Shown here in pieces: positions 23,582 through 37,135 of a DNA stretch of 64,000 bases. Position numbers and translations under genes: made by a program. The notes below the pieces were generated by a model. The model saw nothing but the letters and a program-made list of their open reading frames with translations, had not been told where the DNA came from and made no database searches. The DNA is from Pseudovirgaria hyperparasitica (Eukaryota): the NCBI GenBank assembly GCA_010093815.1, contig ML996570.1; one strand, given 5' to 3'. Numbering within the stretch: the first letter of the stretch is position 1; each line of letters begins with the position of its first letter.

Positions 23582-25559
23582 AGTTAGTAATAGACTTATT
23601 TATACTACACGTATATATACTATCATTTACCGTTCCCGCGGTTACTTAGAGCGGGTCTATACTTAATACCCGAGATAGTATAATCTTATCCGTAGCTACT
23701 ACTAGTAGTATAGAACTCTCACCTATATCTAATAGCGCATAAGATAATTTAAGGCACTTATCCAACTGGTTTAGAGTATCTAACTTATCCTTTTTATAGT
23801 AGTTAGTATCTATATAGTCTCTATAACTTTAGTATATACTTATATTACCCGATAGCTTAGACTCCTCACTCTTATCTAAGTTATCCATATCTACTTTAGA
23901 GAAGTCATCTAGGTTATCTTTATATGGGTTTATATATATAGTATCCGGGTTAATTAGTGTTAGTACTATAAATACTAATACTATTAGCGATTTTTAAATG
24001 TAGTTAATACGGTAGGGCGCCTAGTTCGACCATGTTAGGCTTAGTACTTGCTATTCCTCTATATAATTTAGCACGCGATTAGATAAAGGTATATATATAT
24101 ACCTAGTATTAGTAGAGAGCGTGTGAATCTATAGCGACCGAAGGACGAGTTCGGCGCCCGCCCGCTACTATATTCATTAAGGGCATGCCTTATTATAATA
24201 TATATAATAGTAATTATAGATGGTGGAATCGGTCGGAATATACTACTATAGTACTCCTTCGATCTAAGGAATCTCGGGGACTATAGTAGAACTAACTTTA
24301 GAGCCTTAATTACTACTAGCCCTACGAATATTTTCTAAGTTACGCTAGTATTATACTAATAATTAGTAACACGTCTAACACGATGTAAGTAATATACCTT
24401 TACTTCTATATACGCGTTATTATATATTAGGTTACTTATACTAGCTTTTCTCTTCTTAGCTATCTCCTAGTCCTAGTATTTAGATACTATCTATCTAACT
24501 CTAGAGAGGAGTTAGTAACGGAAGTCTATTATATCTTTCTTTACTAGCGTAATAATATAGGCGGGAGGTGTGTTTTATAAATTATAATTAAGGTAGTAGC
24601 TACTAAGATTAATATCTCCGGCGGCTATCTAGGCCGATTATACTAGTATCCTAAAACTATCTAGGCTACTATCTAGCCATATATTAAGGCGATCGAATAC
24701 CGGTGGTAACCGGCCTAAAAACGTCATGGTAATCAAAATCTCTATTATCGTAAGGTACCGGTCTCGTTCGTAAGGCTAGAGACTATCTCTATAGGACCGC
24801 CTCTTTTCACGGATAGTTAGTTCCCTCTCTACTACTATTTCTCTATCTTCTTCTATTAAGCTAGATAGCTAATATAGTAGAGGAGAGGACGTAAGGCCGT
24901 TATATCCCTAGTTACTATTACGGTAGAATGTTACCGTGACGTCTAAGCTATATAGGGCGTTACTACTATATTCGCTACTAGTATACCTAGACTACTAGGT
25001 TATTAGTAGATAAACGAACGCGTCGAGATAAGCTAGGTGTATATATACACGTTTTTTATGTCGATGGCTATCGTGTAAGTCCCTATTATTAATACTAATA
25101 CGTGTCTACGTTATATCGTATCTTCGTTTATCTATTCTATTTAGTTTACTATGGTTACTAGATTATCTTCTATTAGTGTTACCGCCACGGTAGCTAGATA
25201 GTCCCTTAACTATCTTCCGTGTTAGAGGTTCTATAGAGAAGATATATAAGAGATTAGTAGATATTTTTATTAGTAATAGGTCGGTAATCTACTAGGTAAT
25301 AATATTAGATAGCGGGATAATAACTAGCTAGTAGATACGATAAAGGTTTGGGCGTAGACTAATATAGTATTTTTATAGACGCGTGATACTTATACGTTAT
25401 TATTAATAATTTTAAGCGAGCGTGTATAGAAATTAAGGGGCTAAGAGCCGGGTAGAAGTCGGGGGTTAGTAGGTATATATCGGGCTTTCGACGGGCTTAC
25501 ACCTAACTTCTTCTAGTATACGCCTAGAATATCCGCCGTATACCGTATTATTACTATCT

Positions 25560-28500
25560 ACTAATAATTATACTATAGTATTTTTCCTTTATAGTAACTA
25601 TACCTTAAGATACTACGGGCCGTAGTCTTCTACTAATACTATAGTAGAAAGATTAGTAGTATATACTATATAATCCGCAGGCACCATAACTCGGAACTAT
25701 ATAGACGAGTACGGCTTACCGCATCGCTATTATTATTATAACTATTAGGCCCGTGGCTACCACTATTAACCGGGTTACGGCGCGGCTTTAGTACTTATAG
25801 TTATATTAGTCGATAGAACTCTTTGGTTCGCTCTATTAGTATTTAGCCGTCGAGCATTAATTAGGAGTCCGAGCCTATGGAATTAGGTACTTCTACTACT
25901 AATATTACCCTATATAAAGATACTACTATTTTCCCTAATTCTATTTCGGACCTAGAATCTATAGACAGCGTTACTAGTAGCTATAGTACCGATTTAGTAT
26001 ATTAGTCTAATATATATAGTAGAAATACTATATCCATGGCGATAAGGGTGTCTAGTACTATATATTTAACGAAAACGTTCAAAGAGGAGAGCGGTATATA
26101 TATTATAGTAGACTAGAGTAGACGTGATAATCCGTCCGACGTGAGTATATATAGTCTAGATTTATAGTAGTAACTAATTTAGTAGGCCCGATTCGGTTAA
26201 TTCGATAGTAAGTTTATAGAGCGCCTTATAATATAGACGAATCGGTTCGGTATTTCGAATGTAGTATATAATAAATTAACTACTATCCTTAAATAGACTT
26301 CCGCTATACCCCCCGACCTTTTTATACTAAAATCTAATATTATACGTAAGTAGTTATTATACTACCCTAAAGGGATACCGCACGAAAGTTAGTAGCGTAG
26401 CTACGATATATTCGGTACTACTATAGTCGAATACTAGTATAGGGATCCGCTTACGTTAGTGGAATTCCTCCTTAGATACCGACCGTTCGCTAGTAAGCTC
26501 GTATTTAAGCTAGTATAATAATTTACTAGTTTAGGCGACCGGGTATATAGTAAAGCCTATATAGTAGATAGTTAGTAGGATATATATACTACTATTCCGG
26601 ATAGTGCCGTCGTCGTCCCTATTATTTTATCTTTAGATAAGACGAACCTTACTAACCATAGTAGTAATAGAGTAGTATAGCTAGTCTACCTATCTATTTA
26701 TAATCTACTACTAAACGTCCGCTTATCTAGGAGTCTACTATTATTTCTACTACTTACTCTATTACTAGTAGTTAAGCTAGAAACGGTAGCGAATCGCTTT
26801 ATGTTCTATTAGGTTATAAGTAAAGTTCTAGCCCGTATATCCGCCCATGATAGAGTCGTTAACTATACTAATTATTATATAGCGTTATAGGCTATATAGA
26901 GTACTAGAGTATTAGTATTATATACCGATGGTAGCTCGTGTAAGTGCTATCCGCATTTAGCTTTATATATTATAGATTTTCCGGAGTAGGTACTTATCAC
27001 GGGTGTATCCTATCGGTATATATATCTAATATATATAGTCCCTAGTAATAGACGATAGTATCTACGAGAAGCCATTACTAGTATATAGGAGTTCTATATA
27101 TACTCGTCGTTATAGAAATAGATTTACCGTGTATATCGCGAGTTAATAACTAATAGCTATAGTAGTAAGTATACTAGTAGTAAGATAGATAATAGAACGA
27201 GTATACCTAGTGTCTTATCGTTTTCATTAACGTCTTTCGCGCTAGTAGTATAGGGCTATTATATTCGCCAATCGGTTAAGAGTTAGTATTCTAGTAGGTA
27301 GATAGAGCCATTGGATAATTTCGCCTAGTTACTTACTAGAGTTAATATATACCGCGCGGTCGCTCCGGACATTCTATATTAACTATATAAGGGTATATTA
27401 GAATATACATTTAATTGGATAGTCTCGTATATTATTAATTAAGAGCGTACGGGATATAAGTTAAAGGGTATATTTACCGGTATACCCTCTATAGAACGAG
27501 TAAAGAAGGCGATCGATAAGCGATTCGCGTCTATTAGGGCATTTAGTCGTTATAACCTACTTACGTATATAACTTTAGTAATATAATAGATAGGGGCGAT
27601 GTTTAAGCGTATACTAGTAGTGTTCATAGTCGCGTTTAAACCGCTCCTATATTATAATCGACACTTCCTAAGCGTAGTACGGGCGGTTATTAATATATAC
27701 ATATTAGCGGCGTACTATACGCATGATACATAGATACTAGTATACTTAGAAGAGGCTATATTACGCTTAGACGACCTGAAATACTAGTTTACACCATATT
27801 ATGGAGATAAATCGGAGGATAATTATTTTAACTTTCCGAAGTTCCATGTATTATTACACCTAGTTAATGCCATTAAATACCATAGTTCGTTATATCTAAT
27901 ATTAGTAGAGCTACTAGAGCGATCTCATGTCGTAGTAAAGGAATTATATTAAGGTTTAAATAAGAGGGAGACGTTTCTATAGTAGATGCTAGTAGTAGAT
28001 ATACGCACGATAAATACTAAAATCTCTAGTAGTATAGAGGTGGCGGCTAGTACTAGTATATTAGTAGCCTCTAGCCTAGAGTAGCTTAATAATGCACGTA
28101 AGCTAGTCGGCTAGCGGCGTATTCTAAAGGAGCTACGCCGGAGTAAATATACACTCTACGTCTTATAGAGCTATAGACTATCTACGTCCTACTAGACTAC
28201 TATTAGCGACCTCTACGACGTGTATAGTAGTAGTTTTATATTACTTAATACGGTTATACCCTTTATACGTAACTATCGTAATCAGCTTATTAGGGATAAT
28301 ATATTAAAAGATACGAATATCGAATATATTAAAAAGGACCCTTCGTAGGCACGGGTCCTTTCTATCTATATATATAAGACCATACACGTGCCGATATAAC
28401 TAGATAGAGATATATCTATAGAGGCCTTCGACCTAATTCGGGTAAGGTATATCTATAACTAGTAAAAGAGTAGTAAGGCTAGAGAGGATTATATAATAGT

Positions 28501-28936
28501 ATAGAAGTTTAATAAGAGTAATAACCACCTTAACGGGAAGCGGGTTAGTAAAGTCTATATATTTCTAGAGGTATATAATACGGAGAGTATTAACGTAACT
28601 AGTAGTATAGCGGCGCGATTTCTAGATACGTTAGTTAAACTACTTAATAACTCGGATAGAGGTAATATTAATACCATTAGTAGCCTTATACCATTACGTA
28701 TAGCGGGTTAAAGGTCTAGTAATAAGACTTATATAATAGATAGGTTCCGTGTCTACGAGCTAGAGCATGTCCTACACCCTATATAGATTATATCGTGTCG
28801 GTTAGTTACGGATAGTTTATTCTAGTTAAATATATATAGTAATTAGGGGATCTATAACGAGGTATATAACCTAGACTTCTAGGCTATAAATAGACGAAAC
28901 GTGACCGTAGCGTTAAAACACGGGCGCGTATCGTAA
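25560..28936 (+). pseudogene. Plavaka transposase (RIP-mutated; start approximate)
   Basis: De-RIPed motifs in order: VVPIILSSDKTNLTNHGGDRVAWPVYLSI (~26612-26700), LASYIADFPEQVLITG (~26957-27004), APDILHQLHKGVL (~27362-27400), FNFPKFHALLH (~27827-27860), DLIRVRCIHNWQKSG..REDCVMV..NGKRVGKV (~28430-28555), and FWLNVYSDWGIYNEVYDPDF (~28820-28880); stop at 28934-28936. Confidence 0.85.
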
Positions 28937-31900
28937 GTCTATCGCTATCTACCGCCGCCTACCGTAGTATGCCGGCATATACCGGTATATACCGGAAGTT
29001 ATAGTTTATATATAGTAGTACTTAATAGTCGTATCCTATACTAGGATATCTCTAAGGAATAATCGTGGTTTATTATAATCGGTTCTATAAAAGGCTTATA
29101 TTTAATGACTATCTATAATTTTAGCTAAGGAGTATCTAGGGATGCACCTCCTTATTACCTAATGATTACTAGCTAGTATAAAAACTCCACGCCTCTAAAA
29201 GGGGCATATAGAACTTAAAGGATCCTTATTTACGGGTAGAACTAGACACGGATAGTATTAACCTAATATAGATAGATTATATATATTAATACCCTGAAAT
29301 CCGAACTATATCTCTAGGCCTACTAGACCTAGCTCGTATCTAATTCTAATGTTTTCGTTATTCGCGTTTATGCCTCGTTAGATACCGGGTATATAATAAG
29401 TCTATAGTTAAGTAAGTGTTAGGTACGTAACGAGTCTATTAATAAATAAGTGCCGGGTATATAACGAGTCTATGTAAATAAGTATGAATGAGTATATGCC
29501 GGGTATATAACGCTCTTACTAGGGAAACGTCTTCCTTAAGTATCTCCCCCTTCTAATGTTTCTCCTTCTCTTTCTTTATTCTTTCCCTAGCCTTATAAGT
29601 ATAGTTAGACTTATATCGCTATATTATTAATATATACGTTCTTATATAGACCGTTAGAAACTACGGTAACTAGATATACGTTCTTATAATAGATAAATAT
29701 ACTATACTAATGCGTCGTATTGTTCGTGTTTAATATAAGGGTTCGCTACTATAATCATTCGTTATTACGCTCGTCTATCTCTTCTTAACGATGGTACTAA
29801 TTAATAACGACCTATTATAGAGATAATAGTTAGTATTACGTACTTCTCTTGAATATTCGTATATTAATATTACATGAGTATATGCTTTACGGAGGTCCTC
29901 TATCCTTCCCTCGAGCTATCTAGACTATCCCCTAATTACTAAAAACTCTTATATCTAACTATTTCTACTATTTATTCCTCGGTTCTACTCGTTAGACTTT
30001 GAACGATAGCGAACCACGACGGGTTAGCGGTTATCTATATTTCGTGTACGCCGAGTTAGCATGCCTAAATATAATAGATAATAGTATATTTATAATAGTA
30101 TATACTAGATCTCATAGTATTCCTCTTTAGCGGTAGATCTATATGGTTATAAAGATAGTCTACTATTCTATCGTGCCTATATACTACGCTACTCTTTTAT
30201 CGTATATAGATGGTATTACCGGAGTAGGGCTATTACCCGGTAAACTTAACGTTGTATATAGAGTATTATATATTTAACGTCGTTATTTCACGTGCCCTAT
30301 ATTAGTGCGGGATCGGATACCGGCCGTATATTTCCCCGCCTCCATTAAATTAACGAGTTATTACTAATAACTATACGGACTACTTGCGTTAATATAGCCG
30401 TAACGTACGTGTTATACCTACGCCTATTATATAGTATATATGTCTCGTCTCTCTATTACCCTAGTAATATATACTATTCCCTATTCCGTCTACCTATAGC
30501 TACGTCTAGCCAGCCGCGAATAAATAGCCGAGTAGAAGCGAGTCTCGACCTACTTTATATATTTAGAGCGTCTAATAGGTAGAAACTTCGGGTATATATA
30601 GAAGAGTTAATTTAGAAGGAATTTACTAGTCTATTACTAAACCTATATAGTAAGGAAGTAAAGGACCACCATATAAAACGAGAGTGTTACCTATAGACGG
30701 TCGCGGATAAATATATATTTATTAACGGTAGTTATACTATTTCACGGGTAGATGCCATATATTAACTTAATACTATATTCTTAGTATTTACGCGTAACTA
30801 GCGGCGGTTAGCTAAATACTATTATATACGTTAAAACGATGCCCCGGGCTAGACGAGCCGTCGTGATATTATATATACTCTATAAACCCGCCTAATATAT
30901 CTAGCTAACCTAGTTATTCGACCGTCGGACTACTAGTATCTATATCTTCTAAGGTAGCCGTGCCGCCGTGTTATATATATATATCTATAGTCCTTATCCG
31001 CGATTATACTCGGGTCACCCTAGTACTAATGACGGCTATATAGAATAGTATAACGCCGTTAAATATTAAGGGTATAAAAATACGCGATATAGCAGGTCTT
31101 AGTATAAATAAACTATTAGAATTTATTAGCTTATCTATGGATATACTAGGGGACGTAGGCGGTTATAGGCATGGTCGCGTCTACCTAGAGTACCTAATTC
31201 TACTAAGCGAGTCGAGTAATATAATCCTTCGTAAGGATAGTTTAGACTAGGTATTATAGTAGGCTATTAAATAGGTACTAGGCTTAGGACTAGATCAGGT
31301 GGTTTTCCGCGTGGGCGATATAAATGGTATATTTAGAAGTCTACTATAACGTATTAACTATAATCTAACCATATAGGAACGTCGCGCTATAAGTATAGTA
31401 GTAGGATTTATCCGTCTAGCGCGCGTAGGTAAGCTCGAGATATATATACGCCGATAGATATCGGTATATATCGATATATTATAACTACTAAGCGGTGTAT
31501 ACTAATGTATGCCGGTATATCCGGTATATACTAGTATAATACTATCGCTCTTCCGTGGATATAATACTATTTATATATCTTAGGTTTTCGGTTATCGGTT
31601 ACGTATAGTATTATATATACGGCGGATACCTTACTAGATTTAGGTCTTTCGTTAATAGTATATAGGTACGCCCTAGTCTACTTAATATAGGCGTAGTCGA
31701 CGCTTTACCTACTTAAATAATAGACGTTAATAACGACGCGACTAGTATATTTATCTATTATATTATTAGCTAGCTAACGTTATATTAGGAGAGTCGAGCG
31801 CCGCTATCCCGCCTACTCTACCCGTTAATATTAACATGCTAGTAATTATAACCTAATCGCCTTACGAATCGATATATAATGCCGGTACACTCGAGAGTTC

Positions 31901-32773
31901 GAGCGAACGTGTAAAAGTCTAATATTATATACTATTTAGGGCCGGGGAGGAAGCGCCTACTAGCGTAGTGGTTATTAAGGCGATAGTAGAAGTCTATATA
32001 TAACTAGATATACTAAGTCCGCCTCCTTCTTATGTGGTCCCATCGCTAGATAATATTACCGGTTTCGATATTGCGGGAGAGGAGTTTATAGATACGAACC
32101 TATGAATATTAGTATAACATCGGCTCGATAGTACGTATTATAGCATAAGGTAAGTTATATTTAAGCGGTAGTTAGACACGTGCGCTAGTATACTAACGGA
32201 CATATAGTGTCTCTACTATGAATAGAATAGATAAGGCATAGCTAGTAATATCTTACTACCTAGAAGAGATAGTTACCGTAGAATTTAGGAGATAGGCTCG
32301 GCGTCTATAGCGTTAGTATATCGGACGGTTAAACTTTTATATAACACTATTTATTTATATCTATATTTACCTAAGCTCTAATTCGATAGCCTTCTATAAC
32401 GTACTATATACTTAGTCGGCGAGCTACTAGACTCATATAATAGTAGTATACTACCCCACTTTATATACTACTTAAGCTACTATTACTTTAGCCTACGTTA
32501 ATCTTAGCTTCCTTTAGTCGTCTCTATATTATAAAAGAAAACTTCTATAAACCTTTCCTCTACTTATCTTGGTTTTTAAACCTAAATCTTACCTTCTATA
32601 CTTTATTCCGTGTTAATTATAACTATATACGAACGCTACGTCGAACTCGACTCTATTAACCCTTAAGGTCCATTCTATATAATAGTTAACGAGGTTATAT
32701 TTATAGTTTATAATATAGATTAAGAACTCGTTACATTCGGTGATATTTAGGACTAGTCTACGCTCGACGTAAT

Positions 32774-33056
32774 TAAGCCTTATGTTTAAGCCGAGTCTTA
32801 CGTTTAAGTCGAGCCTTACGTTTAAGTCGAGCCTTATACTTAAGTTAAGCCTTACGTTTAAGCTAAGCCTTATGTTTAAGTCGAGCCTTACGCTTAAGCC
32901 GATCCTTACGTTTAAGCCGAGCCTTACGNNNNNNNNNNNNNNNNNNNNNNNNNNNNNNNNNNNNNNNNNNNNNNNNNNNNNNNNNNNNNNNNNNNNNNCC
33001 TTACGTTTAAGCCGAGCCTTACGTTTAAGCCGAGCCTTACGCTTAAGTCGAAGCTC
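32774..33056 (+). repeat. 18-bp tandem repeat (CCTTACGTTTAAGCCGAG)n spanning a 70-N gap
   Basis: At least 11 visible units. De-RIPs to CCT CAC GTT CAA GCC GAG (PHVQAE), probably a coding repeat upstream of the helicase core. Confidence 0.85.
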
Positions 33057-36000
33057 ACGATATAACTACCGTCTTAACCAATAATAAACCACTTATCTTT
33101 AGTATACTTACCGGTAACTACTGTCCTAACGACGAGTATGAACTTAAGAAGGTCTAAAGTAGTAAGGCTCCCGTTTCTACTTACGCTACCTATTAGATCT
33201 CTCTTATATATGGTAATCTATAGTTAATCTTTAGGAATGTCTATAGTATTAGTAGAGAAATAGATGGACTTAAGTAGGAATAAGCGAAAACTTAAGCCGA
33301 GCTTAAGCTAGTAGTATTTAAGGCTCGTAGTAAAGGTCACGGCTTCAAAGAGTCGATTAGTTATATATATAGATTCCTTGAATTCCCTAAGTACCGCTCT
33401 TAGATTAAGTTACGTACTCGCTTCTAATGGATTAATAAAGGGAAATCGGTATCCTTAATAAGCTTACTCCGCTTTAATCGTACTAATATCCTTCTATTAT
33501 CCGACTACCCTACGGTATAGATCTTTAAGGTTAAGTAAGTAGATAACTTTATTAAGTATTTTCCTAAACTTTCTAATCTTATTATAAGCGAAGCGGATAA
33601 AGCTAATATACTATATATTAATACCGGCCTCTACAAAGACCCTCGCGACTTTTAGATTATTAAACTTATAGCTAGCGAGCTTCTCGGTATAGGTTTTACT
33701 ATCCCGTTATATATTAGACCCGATATAATATATAAACGAGTAAAGCAATTCTTCGAAGATCTAGGTACTTATACTATAGTTTATATCTTGCTACCGCTAC
33801 GTGACCCTATAGATCTTACCAGCTTTAATAATAAGCTTAAACTAGAGAGCGATCTAATTAATTCATGGCATATAGAAGTTACTACTCCCTATATATAATA
33901 CGGTATAATAAGTAGACCGGATACTTAGCCCTAGATCTCTATTCCCTACCACGAGTCATTTAATAAGAAATTTAACTACCTAATATATATCGCTATAAGT
34001 ACCTTATAAGATAAATAGGCGGATCTTTAATTATCCTAATTCTAAGACGTTACCGTTAGGTATATCTAGCTCTTAGGTGTTACTCAGGCGCTCTTAGCTA
34101 TCGTCTATCCTATTAATGCGAAAGGATTCTATTATATAGAACTAGGTAGTCGTAGGTACCTTAAAGTAGATTTAAAGGATTATAATAACGACGCGTACCG
34201 CTTTAAAGTCCTTTAATTTCGCCTAGGTGTCCTTCTATTTAAATGCCTCGCTCTAAAAGTCTTTAATAAGGTTAGGCGTCCTCCTAAAGTACCTAAGGTA
34301 CCGATTATATTAATAGATGCGGTTACTAATGTAACTCGAGCTCGTCCTAAACATTTTATTTAGACTAGCGATACTAGTTTAAGTATAATCGGGTTATCCC
34401 TTACTACGCTCATAGCGTTCATAGATATTCCGGCTTTAGTTAGCGTATAAACCTACGATAAGCTTACTAAGTAACACATTAATACGTGCTAGAAACTAAC
34501 CCACCACGCTATATAAGCTCCTAGAGACGGCGGCGTAGACGACTACGCCGCTTAGGATGCGTTTAATATAATAGTCCTTAATGTTATCGTGGACTCGGTG
34601 TCTATATCTCTAATATATAGGTCCCCTAACTCTAACGACGAGATTCTAGATTATAGTACGGAGTCTTAGGATACCCTTATTACTCTTTCTAAATTATCTA
34701 TATCCCTAGATAATAATAAGGACGCGAATATAGAATATAGTTACGATGTTATTAGCGACGAAGGTTCTATTACTAGCCCCGTCGCCGATATATATATACT
34801 CCTAATATTATCTAAAGTCTACTCTAGTGTCCTATCCCCTTTACTACCCTCCGTATAGGACCTAATACTTAGTAATAACTACCTAAATCTTTAACCCGTC
34901 GACTACAACCGCTACGTTAAAGATTATAAAAGATTCTATAATCTCTAGAATATTATACGTTCGGAACTATCTCTCTAATAATAGTATACCTATATATAGG
35001 CGACGGACGCACTTAGGACTTAGTTCCTACTTCACGGCTATAGAGGAGCTAGAAAGAGCTATTTATAGCTTCGTCTACTACTAGCTATACTTCTAATTAA
35101 CGAAATGAATGGTACTTCTATTATCGCTTATACTACTAAGGTAGTCATCCTATCTAGTAATGTAATAGCGCACCTCCCTACGCTAGGTTCCACCTAAATA
35201 TATAGAATATATATATATGTTATTATCGGCCTAACCAACGAAACCTACGACGACGCTATAAGAAAAGCATATAAATATATAAGTAATATATTTACTTACT
35301 ATAAGTCTCTAAAGATACTAGTCGTTCTTTAAAGATGCCCCGAAGCCGTTAATCGAGAGGTTTTCTTTACTATAGCTAGACTATCTCGTCGCGGCGACCC
35401 TCTTATTAGGCCAACCTAGAACGATATAATAGGCGGTACCATCCTCGCGTAAGCCTAGGCCAACTATAGTAAATAACTATCGGAATATAGCACGGATCCC
35501 CGTGCTCGTCTATGGGAACTATATACCGGTTATATTATACTCGAGGTCGTCGGACTTATTAAATCTCGATACTAATATAAATGGATCTCTAAGAATTTCA
35601 AGAAAGAAACGGCTCGGCTATTACGTACTATCTATGAATATTACGCTTATAATAAGGATATGCCTAAGGAGGAGTATAATAGGATGAACGAGCTATACCT
35701 CGCTACCTAGGACCTAGTTACTATCTACGCCTAGATTTATATAGGGACCCTATATATTATAAATATCGCTAAGGTAGCCCATAATATATATCCGATTTTA
35801 GTTATAATAGAAGAGGCTACGTGTATCCTTAAAAGTAATACACTCGGGATTATTATTAATTATACTACTATGGAATAGTAACCGACATTTATTTACGTTG
35901 GTAACCCACGCTAGCTCGACACCTACCAGCGTAATAGTACTAATATATAGGCCGCGAACTAGAGGATCTCCTTTATAAAGCGCTAGATATAATATAGTTT

Positions 36001-37045
36001 CCCGACTACTCGCCTTACCGAGTTAGAATACTTAGTTCCTAGAATAATAAACATTATATTACTAATTACTTACTCGGGCGAGCTAACGACCTTACTCTAT
36101 ATAACGAATAATATTAATATACTACTCGCAGAGACCGCTCGATAAATATTTAGAATCCGTAGCTATTAATACGTCGTATACGCTAACGTTAACGGGGATT
36201 ACGCGTATACGGTAAATAACTTAATATATAATATAGACTTATTACGTTTCACTTAGTGGATTATTACCGAGCTCTTCTATTATAGCGTCGCACTCGATCA
36301 CGTGCTCTATATTTCTATATACGCCGCCTAACGTAATCTATTTAAAGGGATAGTTAGGAACTCGCTTCTAACTACACTTACTGTAGCGGATAAAGCTCGA
36401 TTTAATACCCTACCTAAGCCGGTATAGAAGCTTATCCAATGGCGTTCATGGGACGGTTCTTAGGGTTATAATAATAATATAGTCCTTATCGACCTAGTCT
36501 AAACTAATCACTTCGGCTTCCTCTTAGAAGTAAACCATAATATCGTTACTATTACGCGCGCTAAATAGATAATAGTTATTATCGCTAACTTCGTATCTCT
36601 TAAGAGGTAGAAAGTCCTAGACGGCGTACTCGGCGAGATATAGAATAAGTACTCTAAGATTCATGCGATATACACGTGCACGACCCCCGACCTAGATGGC
36701 CTCCCTCTACTCTCTAATATACCTAATCCCTAATATAGTCGCTCTATACTTAGTGTTAGAGAGAGGGGAGAACGAAGCGATTAATAAACTACCGATAGTA
36801 CTAAGCCCTATAAGCCGCTAGTCTACCGTAAATATAACGTCGAAGGATATAAGTCTATTAAGTATCTAAGAGGGTCGATACTTATATATAATAACTATTA
36901 GGACATCGGCCATAAAGCTAATGTTTACCCTAAACCTAAGACGCTTAAAGGTACGTTTTACTATAATTATAGAACTACCGGTTATACTCGGCGTTATTAT
37001 TCTAGCCGTACTAAATTACTAGCATGTATAAATAGTAATGATCTA

Positions 37046-37135
37046 GTTAATACTACTAGAGCTAATACTACTAGAGCTAATACTACTAGAACTAATACTA
37101 CTAGAACTAATGCTACTAGAGCTAATACTACTAAC
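37046..37135 (+). repeat. 15-bp tandem repeat (TAATACTACTAGAGC)n, about 6 units
   Basis: Directly visible; probably a coding repeat (NTAGA-like) after the zinc knuckles. Confidence 0.8.

Noticed and set aside
35318..35355. LVVLQRCPEAVN as a degenerate Walker A (pseudo-helicase)
   Set aside because: The true Walker A (GYGGAGKS) lies upstream at 35036-35059, before motif Ia.
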